Source: Balanoglossus misakiensis | Taxonomy: Eukaryota; Animalia; Hemichordata | Direction: 5' to 3' | Length of the DNA: 64,000 nt | Assembly (NCBI GenBank): GCA_040954595.2 | Contig: CM082590.2 | Span: 5,518,001 to 5,582,000, forward strand | Shown: piece by piece, positions 1-14,200 of the stretch | Position numbering within the stretch: the stretch's first letter is position 1 | Layout of the letters: every line of letters starts with the position of its first letter | Notes under the pieces: generated by a model | Told to the model about the DNA's origin: nothing | Seen by the model: only the letters and a program-made list of their open reading frames with translations | Database searches by the model: none | Position numbers and translations under genes: made by a program

Positions 1-27
1 TTTTCCCAGCTGTTAGCATGAGGTTTA

Positions 28-224
28 TTATAAAACACCTATAGCCTGGCCTATATTCGGGCCATAGCGGCCGTTTTTACCCCCTCGTGACTGTGAGTTA
101 CCAGAATCATATGCTATTTCCCGAGGCCGCAGGCCGAGGGAAATAGCATATGATTCTGGTAACTCACAGCCCCTCGGGTGTAATAAACGGCCGCTATGGC
201 CCTCATGGCCAGGCAATAGGTGTT
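28..224. mobile_element. Palindromic repeat element with CGAG-GCC-GCA-GGC-CGAG core
   Basis: Near-perfect inverted repeat with arms of about 90 bp, centred on 122-138. Confidence 0.7.
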
Positions 225-1424
225 CAATATGCTTTTAATTATATCTATTAAATGCTATTTCATGATAATATATCAAGCTCAACACTTATTTATGACAAAA
301 TGGTCAAAAATTAAAGAAAAACGAAAATTCCTGAAATTTTAAAAAAAGTGCAATATTGCAATGAAAAATGAAAATCTGATGTCTCAGTGGTGTACATTTA
401 CTTCCATGAGCTCAAGTGGATGAGATCATGTTTTGTTTATGAAGTTTCACAACCGTAAATGCAACAGTTTCATTGTTTCTTGCATTTTCCCACGGTGGCG
501 GCCATAACCGCTTGCGGCAAAGCTTTATTATTTATCAGGTTAAAACTGGCATATGCACTCATACTTAGGGTTTATAATGCTTGTGTATTGTTCACTGCCT
601 TTATCTGCATGGACTAGTTGTAGTGCAGTTTGAAACAAAAATTATGAAAATTATCCCAAAAGTTACAGCTTACGTGCCTTTAATGTATATGTGGATATAT
701 AGTGAATCAACGTTTAACCACACACACCTTCCATCCCGCTTGTAGACATGAGAGTGAAAAACTCGCCAAAATGAATAATCAGTTTCTACCATTTATTCAT
801 TTTGGGTGAGCTTTCACTCTCATATCATACAAGTGGTATGGAATTTGTGTGTTGTTGAACGTACATTCACTACATATACAAATGTTCATTAACATAAACA
901 GTGTGTTGTATCAAACCTAATTAATGGGAAAAGGGCAGGGAGAGAGACACTTTGTCCGTTTAACTTCCTAGGCTGAGAATGCTGAAATACTTGAATAGAC
1001 GCAGACATGGTCAATTGTCAATAGTCTCCTCAGTAAAAGCCCAGAAAATGTTACCACAGGCAGTTCAACATTAAGATGATACAGTTGGTGTTTGAATCAA
1101 GGGTGCTATTCTTTTGAACTTTATGCAAATGTGCAACTCAGATCATTGACTCAGAACAGCAGCTCACATTGTAAAATATTGGAAAATGCTTCACAAATCA
1201 TCATTGATAATCATGATCACACCGAAAAAAGATTAGATAGCACAATTGTATTCCTACACTTTACATGGGGTGTAGTTGCAGTGCAGTGTACAGACTAAAA
1301 CTGCAATGGAATTCTCTGCAATTCTTACTCTCAATCTTGCCTTACTTTATGAATATTTTGTATACTAGTATGATTGTCATAATGGCAACAGAAAAAATGT
1401 CCCTCTCATTATCAAAAGGCCCTT

Positions 1425-2190
1425 AAAGTGGAGACCACCGGCAAAAATGACCTCAAATCTCTGATCCTAGATTCACCACTGCACAAACAATATCACCAGA
1501 ATTTTACAGTGTCTTACTTCAATCACCATAAGGAATATGCCTACAAAAATTCAAAGCAATCTGACAAACGGTTTCATAGAAAACAATTTTTTTGCGCAAA
1601 ATCCCCCAAAATTGCCCCAAGAACACAAATATGGAAATTTCACCAACAAGGTATGTACGACAGCTTACTTTGGTTATCCCTAGGAACATGCCTACCAAAA
1701 TCCTAATGATTCTGGACAAGAGGTTTCAGAGAAATGATTTTTTACCAAAAATGATTTTTTACCAAAAATCATAAAAATTACCCAAAAATGACAAATATGC
1801 AAATTATGCAACAAACTGGAAAAAATGACTTAGATTACCTATTGGAAGCTTCATAATAAATTTTAAAGCAATCAACCCATGATTGTTTACAGTCTATAAT
1901 ATAAAAAAAAGACTAAAATCTTCCTAAAAATAGAAAATTCATGATATTAAATAAAAACTTTGAGGACTGTGTGAGGTTCAGTGGTTGACATAAGGTACAT
2001 GCATACCAATTTTCAAAGCAATTTGCCCAATAGTTGTTGAGTTTCAGAGTTTTGACCAATTTCACATTTTCAAGCTAATTTGCATATTTTTGGGAATGAC
2101 AACTTCCTTAATATCCACCAAATATCTAGGTGATATGCCAAGTGGTTTCCAAGTTTTTTATTTGGAATGACATACATACCATGGGACCTA
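1425..2190. mobile_element. Dispersed repeat (Helentron/HINE-like), related copy at about 21050-22006
   Basis: Shared blocks TGTGAGGTT..., TTTTGACCAATTTCAC..GCTAATTTGCATATTTT..AATGACAACTTC and GGTGGTTT-CAAGTTTTT..CATACATAC in both places. Confidence 0.5.
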
Positions 2191-5161
2191 AACACAACGT
2201 TTCAGTCAACTTTATGAGCGTTGCTACTCTAGTGAAATTCAAGTTGTAATTGCTCGGATAGAAATTTGTCTAGTCATGCTTTATATGGATAGTTTTGGTT
2301 AGCTATGGAACTACTGACTATTTGGCTTGTTGTATGAAAACGACTATGAGTAAACATTCATACAAACTCGTTATTATGATATAAAAAGCCTAAAAATGCA
2401 TCTGAAACCAAATTTTTCGCATAATATGAATATGTGTTATAAAATTGAATCCTTCGTCAATGCTGGCCGGGGTCACAAATTATGTCACGGCATGTTTTTT
2501 TCGTAAACACGATATTAAATTTAATTAAATAGGACCTAATGTACTCACTGAAACGTTCAAGTCGACCAACGATATTCCATGCACACTGTGTAACATCTTC
2601 AGAGGGACTCCAGCAGGATTCAAACGCGCACACAAATCATAATATTCTCGTCAGAGAGATAAAGTCCGCCATGACACCTTGTGACGCAATCGTGTATAAT
2701 TCCATTACGTTGGACAACTTCCACTGCCTGCGCTCGAAATACACAATAAACTTGAACTGTTCATGATAAAACTTGCACCTGGACCCCTGGCGAATACTTG
2801 GAACCAGTATTTCAGGAATAATATTCCATTTTGAGGGCTTCGCGCTCCATTCAATCCGAGCGATGGAAGTCAGAAATTCAAATCGCCCCGCCATGACACC
2901 ACGACTATACAGCGCCGCCAACGCCACCTTTTGTTTTTGTCTCTTCACAGCTCCAAGTCAGCTGGCTCCAAGTACGAGTGTTCATTGCAAGCCGTGTAAT
3001 ATATAAGGCCAGATGGCCCAGACTGCTATGAAAGTTTCCCCGGGCAGTGGATCTAATACAGCGGATGTTATATAGCGATTCCCTTTCGCTACAGTCACGG
3101 TGACGAGCAAAGCCATCCTTTCATTTTAGCGTATAGCGCAGTCAGCGTGGGGACAGACCAGTACTGGAAAGTAAAACTGTAAAAGTAAAACGTCTTTTCA
3201 TATTTTAATAGACGAACTCTGCAAAAGTTTTATTCCCAAACATGAATTTTGAGATTTTTAACACTTGTATTTGATAGCAATTTAGGCCTACACTGGCCTA
3301 CTGAATCAACATTTTTTCACATCGAGTAGGCTCGGATGCGTAACATTATGTACCGATCATGCCGATTTTGGAGAGAACATTGTCCCCAAATGGCAAAAAT
3401 TTCCCTCAGCCCATAATTGGTGGGATAAATTCGTAGAGTCTTGTCGGAATGTCGGTTGATGAAGAGACGGGAACACGAGTAGAGTAGATTTAAACGCCAA
3501 TGATAGGCCTATGACTTTATTTCAAAAAGGATCAACCGTGGATATACTGGACAAGGCCTGTAGTCCAGGCTGGACCCCACTCTGGAACGAACTCCTTTAG
3601 TGTAGAACAGGGTGTAGAATGAACTGAAATGTGTTGGAACCCCCTGACTTTAGGAGCTGAAATCCACTCCTTTGTATATGCTGTAAAAGACAATAAATTT
3701 TCGCTAAATACGCGAGAGCCAAAATAGCGTGAAAATAAAAAGTCGCGTAATTTTTTTTGAAGATGACGATGCAGTGAATGAAATAAGAGAACGCGAATAT
3801 TAAAACTCGGGAATTAGTGGGGCAGTTAACCAAAAAATCGTGCATTTCGGGTTAAAAGCATGAAATTTTCACATGCTCCCCGTACACAACTGAAATATTT
3901 TCAAATCCCCCCCTTCCGAACTGCCCAAATTTTGAAATCCCCCCCCCCCCCATTTTCTGTGACAGAGCAAAACACATCACCTATCTATCTTGTAAAAAGA
4001 AAAACAGCGCTCCCATGAAAAGAATTCGAAACTGATGTTTCCCCTCATCAGTGGGTATTAAAACTGAACATTGTTTTTATTTTTTAAGTATTTGTATTCT
4101 GTGTTGGGAAACATTGTAAACCGAGAAGTGAAGGGGGTGGGTTTGGGAGGGGGTGTCCCCCTCCCACGTAAGAAAATTTTATAAAATACAGAGCTCAAAG
4201 CCGCATTTTAACGAACCCGGCAAAAGCAAATTAAATCAACTACTGGTATGTTGGGGAGGACAAATTTAACAGTCGCCGCTTAAAGTTATCATGGGGTGGA
4301 GGCAAGTCCCCTGCCCTGGAACACTAGTTAAACCAGTCAATGATTGAAAGGTGTTGATGAATTGAGGGGGTGGGTGTGGGAGGGGGTGTCCCCCTTCCAC
4401 ATTAGAAAATTTTGTAAAATAAAGGGCGCGAAACTGCATTTTTGTGGACTCAAAATAAATATTTAGTCATCAAAGTTTTCAAGTCCCCCCTTTCAGTCCC
4501 TAAATTATTTCAAATCCCCCCCTTACATACCCTCAATATTTTCAAATCCCCCCCCCCCTCAATTCTCCGGCCCCCCCCCCCTCCAGAGGTGTTTGTGAAT
4601 GCAGCCTTATGCATTGACCCACGGCGGCCATTTTATGATATGGATCCAAAATGACAGCGCCCTCTTGTGGCCAGAAACTGACATTCACACTTTACCCCTA
4701 TTAATGGCACTTTTTGGTCATTTGTAACACTCAGAAACAGGAATGTGGGTTGTAAAACATGCTTGCTACCATACATTCATGTGTATATTATCCTAATCCT
4801 GATATTATTAAAGTGTAAACGTCTTCTGCATCTAAACGACCCGTTTTCAGAAATTCGAGTATGATGCGATTATAACCAAATTTCTTCCAGGAATTCTGAG
4901 TTTAAATTCCAACACACTGTTTAGTAACATCCCTTGGGAAATGAATCAGCATTTAGGATAAACTATTTGCAAGCCACTGAAAAGACTGGAAAGACAGATG
5001 CGCCCTCATAGTTGTATTGAATGATTGATTTTCCTTTATCTTGTTTTCTTGTTTGTGTAATTTTTTTTGAGTGTTCGTAATTTTCTGTTTGATGTTTATT
5101 TTTCCCTTTGGTGTTTTGTTTTTAACTGTCACAGAGGTTATTAATAAAACGTCACAGATGT

Positions 5162-5575
5162 TAGTCTGGTCCCCTGCCCCATCCCCGCCGCTGGCTGCGC
5201 TGCTCAAGGGAAGGGTCAGATATGGGCCGCCATTTTGGTCAGGATCCTGACCAAAATGGCGGACTGTCGCATCACTTCAACTGTTCAGTGACGTCACATG
5301 ATACACCAAAATGGCTGCGACCGTGAAAACAACGCCAGTAAAGATCAACGCAAGTACATGTGTTGCTTGTGGGGAAGGTGAGCAGCGGTTAAAGAAAATT
5401 TACGGCAACAATTGACTACAAATGTAGTCATTGTTTGTCGTCTGAAAACTTTATTGACCAATCAGCACTCTCGATATTAATGTCCAATCACAGCCATGCA
5501 TTAAATGGCCTTTACCTGACCCCTTTCGTGAGTGTAGCGCTAGCAGCGGGAGAAAGGGGGCAGGGTACCAGACTA
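5162..5575. mobile_element. Academ-like non-autonomous element (TAG...CTA termini, 9-bp TSD)
   Basis: TIR TAGTCTGGTcCCCTGCCCC / GGGGCAGGGTACCAGACTA. TSD CACAGATGT on both sides. Confidence 0.8.
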
Positions 5576-6224
5576 CACAGATGTTTCCTTATTGCCTCGC
5601 TTTGAGTTTAAATTCATAATGGCTGTGTGAGGGCGCTAGACTTACGAAAAAGGGTGTACATTGTACACCACTTTGCAGGTCCTAAGTTGGACTTGTCTGG
5701 TCGCCTGCCCCATTTCTATAGCATGGCTGCATTGTGTTACATGAAAAGGGTCAGGTAAGGGAAAAACCATTCGATTTCAGGGGGGTTAAGGATGTGGGTA
5801 TGTGACCCAGTTATTTTCACCAACTGTATATATGTCTACATAATTTTTTTCTATTGCCAGACATACTTTTTTTTCTCAATGCATTGGAGAAAGTATACTC
5901 ATCCCAGAAATCATAAAAAATTCAATTCAATATTTTTTTCATTTGCCCTTCTGGGCAGTCTGCCTTGAAATACAAAATCTCAAATATGATTTATTATTTT
6001 TGATGCCAAAAATGTATTTTGAAATTTTCCATGAATCTATCCAATGAACTACTGGCGAAGGAATGTTTACAACAGATGAATATTTCAGCATTAAAGTTTT
6101 AATAATATCTTCATCAATCATACCTTTTATTTGATAAAAGTAAAAAAAATACAAGATATTGGTATGACTTGTTTAATTAGCACCTTTTATGTTGTATATG
6201 TGTATGTACTGGTATGTGTATTTT

Positions 6225-6345
6225 ATGTATGTATGTATGTATGTATGTATGTATGTATGTATGCACGTATGTATGTATGATCGTATGTATGTATGTATGT
6301 ATGTATGTATGTATGTATGTATGTATGTATGTATGTATGTATGTA
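6225..6345. repeat. (TATG)n microsatellite
   Basis: Direct reading. Confidence 0.95.
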
Positions 6346-7042
6346 CCAATCTATGTATAGAATAAAAACATTACACCTTCACGCTACAATTAGTCAATAA
6401 TCTTTACCCTTCCCATGGCTAAGATACGAAAATGGCGTCTATGCACCCATCTCTCTACTTTGCATACATAAGTAAGTATGAATTTGTGGTGAACATTTGG
6501 TGGACTTCCAGTCACCCATTTTTAAATGAAAGTAGAAAACATAAAATGCATACTCTCCCTGTCAAAAAAGGTTTCCAAAGACAGGTAACAATTTTAGCAT
6601 TTTTACCCATTGTTGATGAGTTGCCATCTGTGAAGAGAACGAACTTTGTGAAAAGAAGCGATTTTGAATAATGTACTTGTGCAAACATTATATTGTATGT
6701 GTACTGCTTAACAAAATGCCATGTAAAGCAATACCATTCTACGGACATTATTCTACACTCATTTCAGTATTTTCTTTAGAAAACTGTCTTCCACTTGCAA
6801 TTTTCTGGTTAACATAAAAAAGTAATTAATTCCAAGAAATCTTTCATCGCTCATGAAAATCTCCCCAAATTAATGACCTAACCAATCAACTGAAAAAAAA
6901 AACTGAATATAGAATGTTAGCTATTGTGTTTATGCAATTTCTGAGTAGATATTTTGCAATAAAGGAAGCTTCCTTATGGACTTGCTAAGTATATTTTTTT
7001 TGGTTTGTTTGACAAGATATTGTCTATAGGAATGAGCTGTGA

Positions 7043-8190
7043 CCATTCTTGCATTCATGTCCATGTACATGATGTGTCTATAGACATATTGTGACAGACA
7101 AATTATTACAACTCTGGTATTCTGTATACAATGTACTTCAAGTAAAGTTGTTCACATTGACTTCATAAATGATCTGTGTCCATTCTTGCATTCATGTCCA
7201 TGTACGTGATGTGTCTATAGACATATTGTGATCAGACAAATTATTACAACTCTGGTATTCTGTTTACAATGTACTTCAAGTAAAGTTGTTCACATTGACT
7301 TCATAAATGATCTGTGTCCATTCTTGCATTCATGTCCATGTACGTGATGTGTACGTGATGTGTCTATAGACATATTGTGATCAGACAAATTATTACAACT
7401 CTGGTATTCTGTTTACAATGTACTTCAAGTAAAGTTGTTCACATTGACTTCATAAATGATCTGTGTCCATTCTTGCATTCATGTCCATGTACGTGATGTG
7501 TCTATAGACATATTGTGATCAGACAAATTATTACTACTCTGGTATTCTGTTTACAATGTACTTCAAGTAAAGTTGTTCACATTGACTTCATAAATGATCT
7601 GTGTCCATTCTTGCATTCATGTCCATGTACGTGATGTGTCTATAGACATATTGTGATCAGACAAATTATTACAACTCTGGTATTCTGTTTACAATGTACT
7701 TCAAGTAAAGTTGTTCACATTGACTTCATAAATGATCTGTGTCCATTCTTGCATTCATGTCCATGTACATGATGTGTCTATAGACATATTGTGATCAGAC
7801 AAATTATTACAACTCTGGTATTCTGTTTACAATGTACTTCAAGTAAAGTTGTTCACATTGACTTCATAAATGATCTGTGTCCATTCTTGCATTCATGTCC
7901 ATGTACGTGATGTGTCTATAGACATATTGTGATCAGACAAATTATTACAACTCTGGTATTCTGTTTACAATGTACTTCAAGTAAAGTTGTTCACATTGAC
8001 TTCATAAATGATCTGTGTCCATTCTTGCATTCATGTCCATGTACATGATGTGTCTATAGACATATTGTGATCAGACAAATTATTACAACTCTGGTATTCT
8101 GTTTACAATGTACTTCAAGTAAAGTTATTCACATTGACTTCATAAATGATCTGTGTCCATTCTTGCATTCATGTCCATGTGATGTGTCCA
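7043..8190. repeat. 138-bp tandem repeat, about 8.3 copies, just downstream of the ROCO stop codon (probable 3' UTR)
   Basis: CCATTCTTGCATTCATGTCC recurs at 7043, 7180, 7318, 7467, 7605, 7743, 7881, 8019 and 8157. Confidence 0.95.
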
Positions 8191-8296
8191 TAGGCATATC
8201 GAGACGAGGACAGATTAAACTCCAGTGTTTGCCCCAGAAATTATAATGGTGGCAAATTTGCATAGAAATAATTGTTATGCCCATGATGTTATCTGT

Positions 8297-11200
8297 TCAT
8301 TTCGTTTGTGTTTTCGCAATTTCTTCGAACATCTCTTCAATCAACGCTACCATGTCGTCTCTTCCCATGGTCTTGAAAATTGCCAACAGATTCTCAAAGT
8401 TGCTTTCGAAGAGGGCTCCCTCTACACGTGGATACTTCTGTCTTGCTTCTCCACTTGACATTCTTGCCATACTGCCTTCGGTGGCATCGATGTCATGTGA
8501 CATGGCTCTGGCACCTGCAGCTGTAGTTCTGTCTCTTCCACTTTGATGTTGTTTCCTCTCAGCACATATACGACACCACTCTTTGAAGAGGTACTCTGTA
8601 ACTGGTCTGCCTGCCCGACCCGCAATCTCTTCAAATCCCATGGTATCCTGGCACTTAATGCCCATCAAATCTGCCATGCGGCCATAGCTCAGAGAAGGAT
8701 CACGTTGAATGTCCATTCTCCTTGTCAGTTTTCTTCTGGTTTCTTCAAGCATCCATTTGATATCACAGCGTTTCCACTTCCTTCGTAAGATCGTTGTGTC
8801 ATGACCTTGACAAAGCAGGTCACAAACATCTTCTGCTTTACCAACTTTTTTGTTGTACACTTTCTTTCCCATGTCTTCTGCACGTAGCACCTCATCGAGA
8901 GTGTAAAACTCTACTTTTTCCATGTTGCTGTGGTTTGCAAGAGAATCTGCACTCAGGATAAGCTGATTCATCCTGTTGCCTGGACATGCGATCGAGAAGA
9001 CATCCTGTATGTCTTTGGAAACCATCTCAAGAAGCTTGTAGCCCTCACCAATCAACTTCTTGTCTTCAACTCGTACACAGACATTGACTGCCCTTCTGCC
9101 ATTGGTCATAAAGACAAGACCTTCAACATCATGGCACACTTTGATACCATTTCTCCATAAGCCACTGGGCGGCTGGCCAAGCTCTGTGAAATGCTTATAT
9201 AGACGGGTCTGTAATCTTGGGAAAAAGCCTGCCGTAAAGGAATCTGTTTCATCGTGGCATTCAAAACGTCTTCCAAGGTAGATGGTCTTCATTCGGCTCA
9301 CCTCCCATTGACCTTCAGGCATATCGTCGTCTTGAAGCCCTGGTATGACGAAAAGTTTCTCTCCCGTCTCTGTGATATCATGTGCTTGACAGAGAAGCTC
9401 AAAATCCTCTAGAAGGTCGACGATCAGTTGGCTGTTAACACCTTCACCAAGTACATCTTCTATCTTGTCCATTGACTGAAAACAATCTCTCTTGAATCTG
9501 GAACTGAATTGTGCAAATAAAGGGGTAGCCAACATTGGTCCAAACATCCTGGAACACAACCAGTTTGGATCCAATACCACGACATCTTTTCTTTCTAGAG
9601 ATGACTTCTTCACAAACAAAAGCTGTAAACAAGAAAAAATATCGTGAAAAATTGTTATGGAAGGAACAATCTGTAACTCTTTTACACATCAACAGCATTA
9701 AACGCTGATAATTTCATTTTGTCAAGTTTGATGTATTGCATACACTCATCCCAGAATTTGTACTAACAGAGAATGGATGAGCAACATGTTGTTTCTTGTT
9801 ACTGACCTCTCCTATGTCATGCAGATAGTTGGTGGCTTTTCGTAAGAAACTTTCGTCAATCGTGGGGTAAATTTCTTTTATTCTTGCAACATATTCTATC
9901 CAATAAAGAGCTGGGAATTTTCTTTTGTACAATTCCCTCTTCTTTTCCATTATCTTGGCACACACGCTTGGAAGCATTTTCACTTTCTAAGAATAAAAAT
10001 AAATGGATAACATGAAATAATTGGAAGTAGCCAAACATTATGTTCAGTCAATTTAGGGACTCTGTCACAAAAAAGAAATATTAAATAAAACCATGACTGG
10101 CCATGCAAGTCTAATAAGTGACACATAAAACAAAGCATAGAATTTTATTTATCCAATGAAAATTTATGTTGAAAATATCTGTAGTATACATGGGGGCAGG
10201 GGACCAAAGAAGTATCTTTGTAAATCAAGTATCATTTTGACAAGATTTTCTTTTGCTTTAAATTCAAATTCTGATTTTCAGTGGAACTGACCTTATCTTG
10301 TTTCAACATTTTCATCATTTGTAATTTGGTAAAAAGCATCTCACAACCATGCATTCCAGCTAACATTATTTTTTGTTTGTAATTACTGAAAATGTTACTT
10401 TTGCCAGAAATTCTAATATCAACTAATACTTGTACAACATGATGAGGATGTAATATTTTACACTTTCAGATATATATTCTTCATGAATATTGTAGTTGTA
10501 CACCAATACTGCAGTGCTATAGTGTATCTGTGCTGATAAAACTTAACAATTCAGAGGCAAATGACTACAGCGAAATATTGTTACCTTTTTCTGATTTAAA
10601 CAATCACGAACTTTCTTCATTTCACTGTCTGTAGAATCACGGCAATTCAACGGAAAGATGTCACTCACTATGTCTAAATAATCTTGAAACATAGTCTGGG
10701 CTTCTGTCAGAACCTCCTTCAGCAAATGACGAGCTGTAAATTATAAAGAGATGATAATATTAATACATACATACATACATACATACATACATACATACAT
10801 ACATACATACATACATACATGCACACACATACATACATACACACACTGTACATACACACACTTGGACAAATGAGAGATATTGTTTGATATATGAAAAAGC
10901 TGACAACACCAACCTAGAGCCATATCAATTCTCTTCAACTTATCAGCTCGACTTGCAACCAATATCACCACTGGTTTCTCGTATCCTTCTCCTGACTTAT
11001 CAAATGAATACCTGTCCATGTGGGTTGTTCCTTTCAGAAACCGCAACCAAAACAAAATCTACAAATGAGAATATTTGTGAAAAGTATTATTTTTGAGTCC
11101 AAGGGATCATGAATTGAATCCAATATGAGATTTCTCATGATTCAGGTAATATCCAGAGCTATGGGATAAACAATGTAAAATAATTATTGAACAACAATGG

Positions 11201-14200
11201 CATGTTGGTTCTGCAGGAGACTAATTATAGAAATATCTGCAACTCTTTCAAAAAGCCAGGAATGGTGACCGAGATAGTGTTGCACATGGAATAAAGTTTC
11301 TCAAACAGCTATATTTTCCATTCCTACAGATAAAACTTGGAAAGTGATAAACAAAACAGTCTAACTTTCCTGTGAAGATTCTTACCTGTGGGAACACACG
11401 TTCAAAGGTGTTGAGTTTACCATTCTCGTCTGTAGCTTTGAACACCAATATGGAGACAGCATTGGGTGCTCCCAGAAACATGTTATGAGTGACGTAATAC
11501 TCAGCCTGGCCGGCAAAATCCCAAACACTGACATTTCCGACGTCAGGAATATGAACACTTTGGACATCAATACCAGGTGTGGGAATGTGTTCACTTTCTT
11601 CAGATTCCAGGGTTGTTTCTTCACTCTTTGATAAGGGGGAGTGAAAGAAAAAATTACATATAATTCCACTATATATTTCTTTGTTTGACGTCATCCTATA
11701 TGAGTGGTTTTCGGGGAGTTGTGCAACTTCGAGCCGTAGATGAGAAGTTGACGTCTCCGTGAAAACCACGAGTATATAATGACGTTAAACAAAGAAAAAT
11801 ATCATGGGATTATATATTTATCACATGACAGGCATCTCTTGCTTCACAAATCACAGAAAATGACATTTTGACGACAGAGTGAGTAATGGTTTATTAAGAA
11901 TTCATTCTGGCCCATCAAGTTTCACACAAGCAACCCTTAATTAATTGTAATATGGCTTACTAGAACTTTAACGCAAATGAAACAAAAATATCAACATACC
12001 CTCTGAAGTGACTCCAATAATGTAGTCTTACCAACTCCACCATCTCCAGCGAAGAACAACTTAAAAGTGTCACATTTCACACCTGGTTCCATCATCAGGA
12101 CCTTGAACTCCTTTCGTCTCTGGTTGAATAAAGAAATCATAAAAATACAATTTTATTTGTGGGTTTGGAGAGTACAGTTAAGAGTGACACCACATTAAGT
12201 AATTTATATCACACTGAAATCAATGGACACTTTGAATTCAAGATGAATAAGAATAAGCACATTTCAGGTTGTATATTATTAAAATTCATGATAATATAAA
12301 AAGTACACTCACCTGAATGTAATCCAACAGCACCTCCTTCTGAGACTCTTTAGCGACATCAAGTGGTGTCTTTCCAGTCTAATTATTTAAGATAAAAAGA
12401 ATTGAAACATTATGATGTAAATATTTATAAAAGTAGTAATAATGTAAGAGATACCATAATTCAAAATTCATTAAATTCTAATGTAATTTTAAAGTTTTGT
12501 TTTACATTTTTCATGAAAAAAATAACCACATCAAGTGACATGTTTAATAGTGAATAAAACCTGAATTTCACAAAATCAACAATCATTTAAAGAAAATGAA
12601 CACTGATTCCTCTTTTCCATCACACTGTATCAAAAGTACAGAATTATTTAAAACACAAATAAGAAAAATCTCCTTATTAGGAATTGTCAGATAATTAGGT
12701 GACAGACAGCAGTTTGCAGATGCTGGAGGCCGACAGACAATCGCCCTATCTGATACTCTCCACATCACTGAAAGTGGAGATAGAAAGTCTCAAAGATAGG
12801 ATTGGCATCGACCGTCATGAGTCAACACCTGCCTGTACAACACCTGACCCGATAGAGGGAGTAGTTTTGATTCAAAGGACAATGGCAAATAGATACATTG
12901 TATCCTAAACAAAATTTACCACAAAAACTACAATGGAAAGAAGACCATTGTGCAAACTCATACTGTTTTAGGAGTGTTTGGTTAAAATAGTGTCCACACA
13001 TTTTCAAGACTTTTATAAAATTCTGCATTTCAAATTCAAAGTTTATGAAGATTAACTACTTGAGAAAATGGGAGTTGATCAGAACACATGGTGTAGGTCT
13101 AGAGTGTCATGGAATAAAATATAAAAGTGGAAGATTGTACCTTATTTTTGCAGTCAATATCAGCTCCATATTGCAACAATAGTTTCACAACTTGTCCATA
13201 ATCCTTCCAAGACTCTTTGCCCATTGCTGCCACATGGAGTGCTGTGTTGCCATCCTATCCAAGAAACAAAAACAGACAATATCATGTAAGAGGTACAACA
13301 AGAAAAGTTATGCATAAACAGCGCAACCAAACAGACTACCAACGTTAACACTGAAATGATAATTAACCTCTAGTTTTTCAACAGTACTTAGGATGCTTAT
13401 ATCATTTTTTGAGTTGGATGTCTCCACGTCAATGTAGCTTTAAATGATATAGTTGAATTAAATGAATGCATTGTGTGTATTTCGTCCACCATGTCAGAAT
13501 GTTGAATTTCAGACAACATAACTTTCCTCTTAATGATGAACAATTTAAAGAAAATATGGGTAGTAGATTGTGCCTTTATTCATCTTGACCGTTTTGAGGG
13601 AAAAACTGATTGGGATCAATTTGTAAAGATCTGCGTAAGACCAGAAAATTTACATGGATGGGAAATCTTTATTTAGACAAAAGACTAGAGATGACTTTGA
13701 TGACCATTAATGTTCAGAAAGTGTTTGTTTGAGTGAAATACTGTGTTTTGACTCGCATAGAGCACCTAAGTTACTGGTATCATTATCAGAGGTACAGAAC
13801 TTGTCTGTGGTCATCCATTATTATGAAGCAGTTCCTTTGTGAGTAACTTATTTTCTTTTCAACACCGTTCAAGTGAGTATTTCTGTATGTAATGGAGGAG
13901 GAGCATGAGAACAATGTCATAACATTTGAAACGTTCTGTGAGGTTTCCTAAACGAACAAATAAACAAACAAATAAATGTTTCTAAACTAATAGAATTAAC
14001 CTGCAATAGCCAGGTTGGTATTTACCTTGTTTTGTATGGTCACATCAGCTTTGTGTTCCAATAACAATCTGAGACCGCCTTCATTGGGACACCCTGCTGC
14101 AGAGTGCAAAGGGGTGTTTCCATCCTGTAAGTAATGAAGGAGGAACATGATGAGGATGTCAGAAAACTGAAATGTCACATGAGTTAATTTCTAAAAATGA

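Noticed and set aside
2539-3006. Overlapping 75-103 aa ORFs in a CpG-richer patch
   Set aside because: No recognisable domain or splice structure. Probably the interior of a repeat; a tBLASTx search would be needed to go further.
7043-8190. Possible CRISPR-like arrays (also 37293-40553 and 62335-64000)
   Set aside because: Units are head-to-tail with no unique spacers, the context is eukaryotic, and there are no cas genes.
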